Positions 62,424 to 64,000 of a stretch of 64,000 bases of DNA are shown piece after piece. Position 1 is the first letter of the stretch, and every line of letters starts with the position of its first letter. Source of the stretch: Chiloscyllium plagiosum (taxonomy: Eukaryota); NCBI RefSeq assembly GCF_004010195.1, contig NC_057718.1:20462915-20526914 (forward strand), read 5' to 3'. A program made the translations under genes and the position numbers. Under the pieces are notes generated by a model. That model did not search any database and was not told where the DNA came from. It worked only from the letters and a program-made list of their open reading frames with translations.

Positions 62424-63904
62424 CTTGAAAAATGAAATGAAAATAGGAGGAAATTCTGGGTGGTGGGTGAGGTAAATTCAAGTCTACTCAATCAAGTGTA
62501 AATTTATGAATCAGTAAGTAATCTTTAAAGGCCTTCAGTGTACCCGGTAAAGTGCATCTATAGGTGTTGTGAACAGATTTTAGAAACTTAGAAAGTACCA
62601 AGTTAAATGCTGTTCTGTGCTGGACCAACTAATCTAGAATGTGAATACTGACTTCAAATTCCTGTGCCACAGGTGGGAAAATTAACAATCATCCTTCTAA
62701 TATCTGGTCCTCTCAGTAATTCCTGCTCGTGTGACAGTCAGGTAAGGAACTAAATTTACTTAACTCTGATAGCTTTGTAATTAAAGTATTCTCATTATGT
62801 CATCTGGTCCCACATGTGAAATATGACCATGTGAAGTGTTTTTATGTGCTTTATGAATATGACAATACAGTATTTAATAGATTTCAACAGTAACATCCAG
62901 CAGCAGGACACCTTACATAATACCCCTTTATAATAGCTAGACAGCATAACTTGGCCTTCTGAATCATTACAATTTACTACCTACTCAAAGCTTAAAATGT
63001 TCAGTTTTACACTGAAGTTAGCCAATAATTTCAATCCCAATTAACAGTCTCAGTTTAAACAAATTTGAAAGTGAATTCACCCAAGGCCCCTTCAACAGCA
63101 CCTTCCAAATCCACGACCTCCATCATCTTGGTGTAGGTGGCTCAGTGCTTAATCCACAGGTTAGGTGGATTAGCTGTGGGAAATGTAGGATTAAAAAGGA
63201 TAAAGTGGGGAGTGGGTCTAGACGGGATACCCTTGAGGGAGTCCTTGTGGATTCAATGGCCGAATGGCACGCTTCCACACTGTTGGGATTCTATGATGTC
63301 AAAAAAAAACAAAAACAAATATATCACCTGCAAATTTAGCTCCATGCCATAACCATCTTAAACTATATCACTATTCCTTTACTGTCGCTGGGTAGCAATC
63401 CTTTGACTCTTAGCAACATGGACTTCAACAGTTCAGGAAGGCAGCACGCTACCACCTTTTGATGAACAATTCTGAATGGACAATAAATGCTGGCTAGCCA
63501 GTGACATCCACACTCCACGAGTTAATAAATAAAAGTACAATTAAACTTCACGTAAACTCAACATATTAGTTTCGATTTGACACTTCAAACCGAAGTGGGT
63601 GAGGGAAATTCAAATCTACTCAATTAAGTGTAGGTTAATTGCCTAAATGGCGGCCACACGGCATCAAACAGCATCTTTTCAGACGGCAGCTATTCATAAT
63701 GATTTCTATGTACACCTCCTTTAGAACAATATTGTTTCCTATCCTTTCGCCGAGCACTATCATCCATTTTGTTACTTAATCTCCCCTGCCTTCCACTTCA
63801 TCAGAGGCCAACCTTTTCCTTTCTTCTTTTTACATACCTCTTTGCTTGTTTAATAAACCGATTACCTCTAACTTTTAGTGGTTCTGAAAGGGCAACACCC
63901 CTTT

Positions 63905-64000
63905 TTGATTTGGAGGTGCCGGTGTTGGACGGGGGTATATAAAGTTAAAAATCACACAACACCAGGTTATTATCAAACAGGTTTAATAGGAAGCACATTA
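63905..64000. mobile_element. Penelope-like terminus (family of 4022-4192), truncated by window end
   Basis: ggaggtgccggtgttggac...aagttaaaaatcacacaacaccaggttat matches 4029-4090. Confidence 0.7.

Noticed and set aside
62424..64000. Arginase exons 1-2
   Set aside because: No GAPFSKGQ or GVE.GP-like coding segment found by eye; they probably lie beyond the window

Overview
AT-rich, repeat-dense vertebrate genomic DNA, very probably a shark, judged from the HE1/V-SINE-type SINEs and abundant CR1 and Penelope-like elements. The ORF track misses almost all real coding exons. Manual splice-aware reading finds two minus-strand genes. (1) An ARG1-like arginase: exons 3-8 lie at 62423-19033, and exons 3-7 have the human ARG1 sizes (175/160/95/105/137 nt). 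Exons 1-2 were not found and presumably lie beyond 64000. (2) Directly downstream, the CpG-island promoter and first three coding exons of mrpl4 (8774-1154). The arginase keeps every Mn-ligand and catalytic residue but has lost the canonical trimer-interface set together (D204, R255, E256, E262, R308 and the C-terminal S-shaped tail). It also sits next to mrpl4 rather than the human ARG1/ARG2 neighbours, so it is a candidate divergent, possibly monomeric, arginase paralogue. Introns hold decayed LTR elements (one Gypsy, two Gmr1-like with integrase before RT), CR1/L2 fragments, SINEs, a MITE, and many Penelope-like termini carrying minimal hammerhead ribozymes. One of these is a perfect 92-bp palindromic insertion with a 14-bp TSD. 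Repeat boundaries are approximate unless a TSD or LTR end is quoted.
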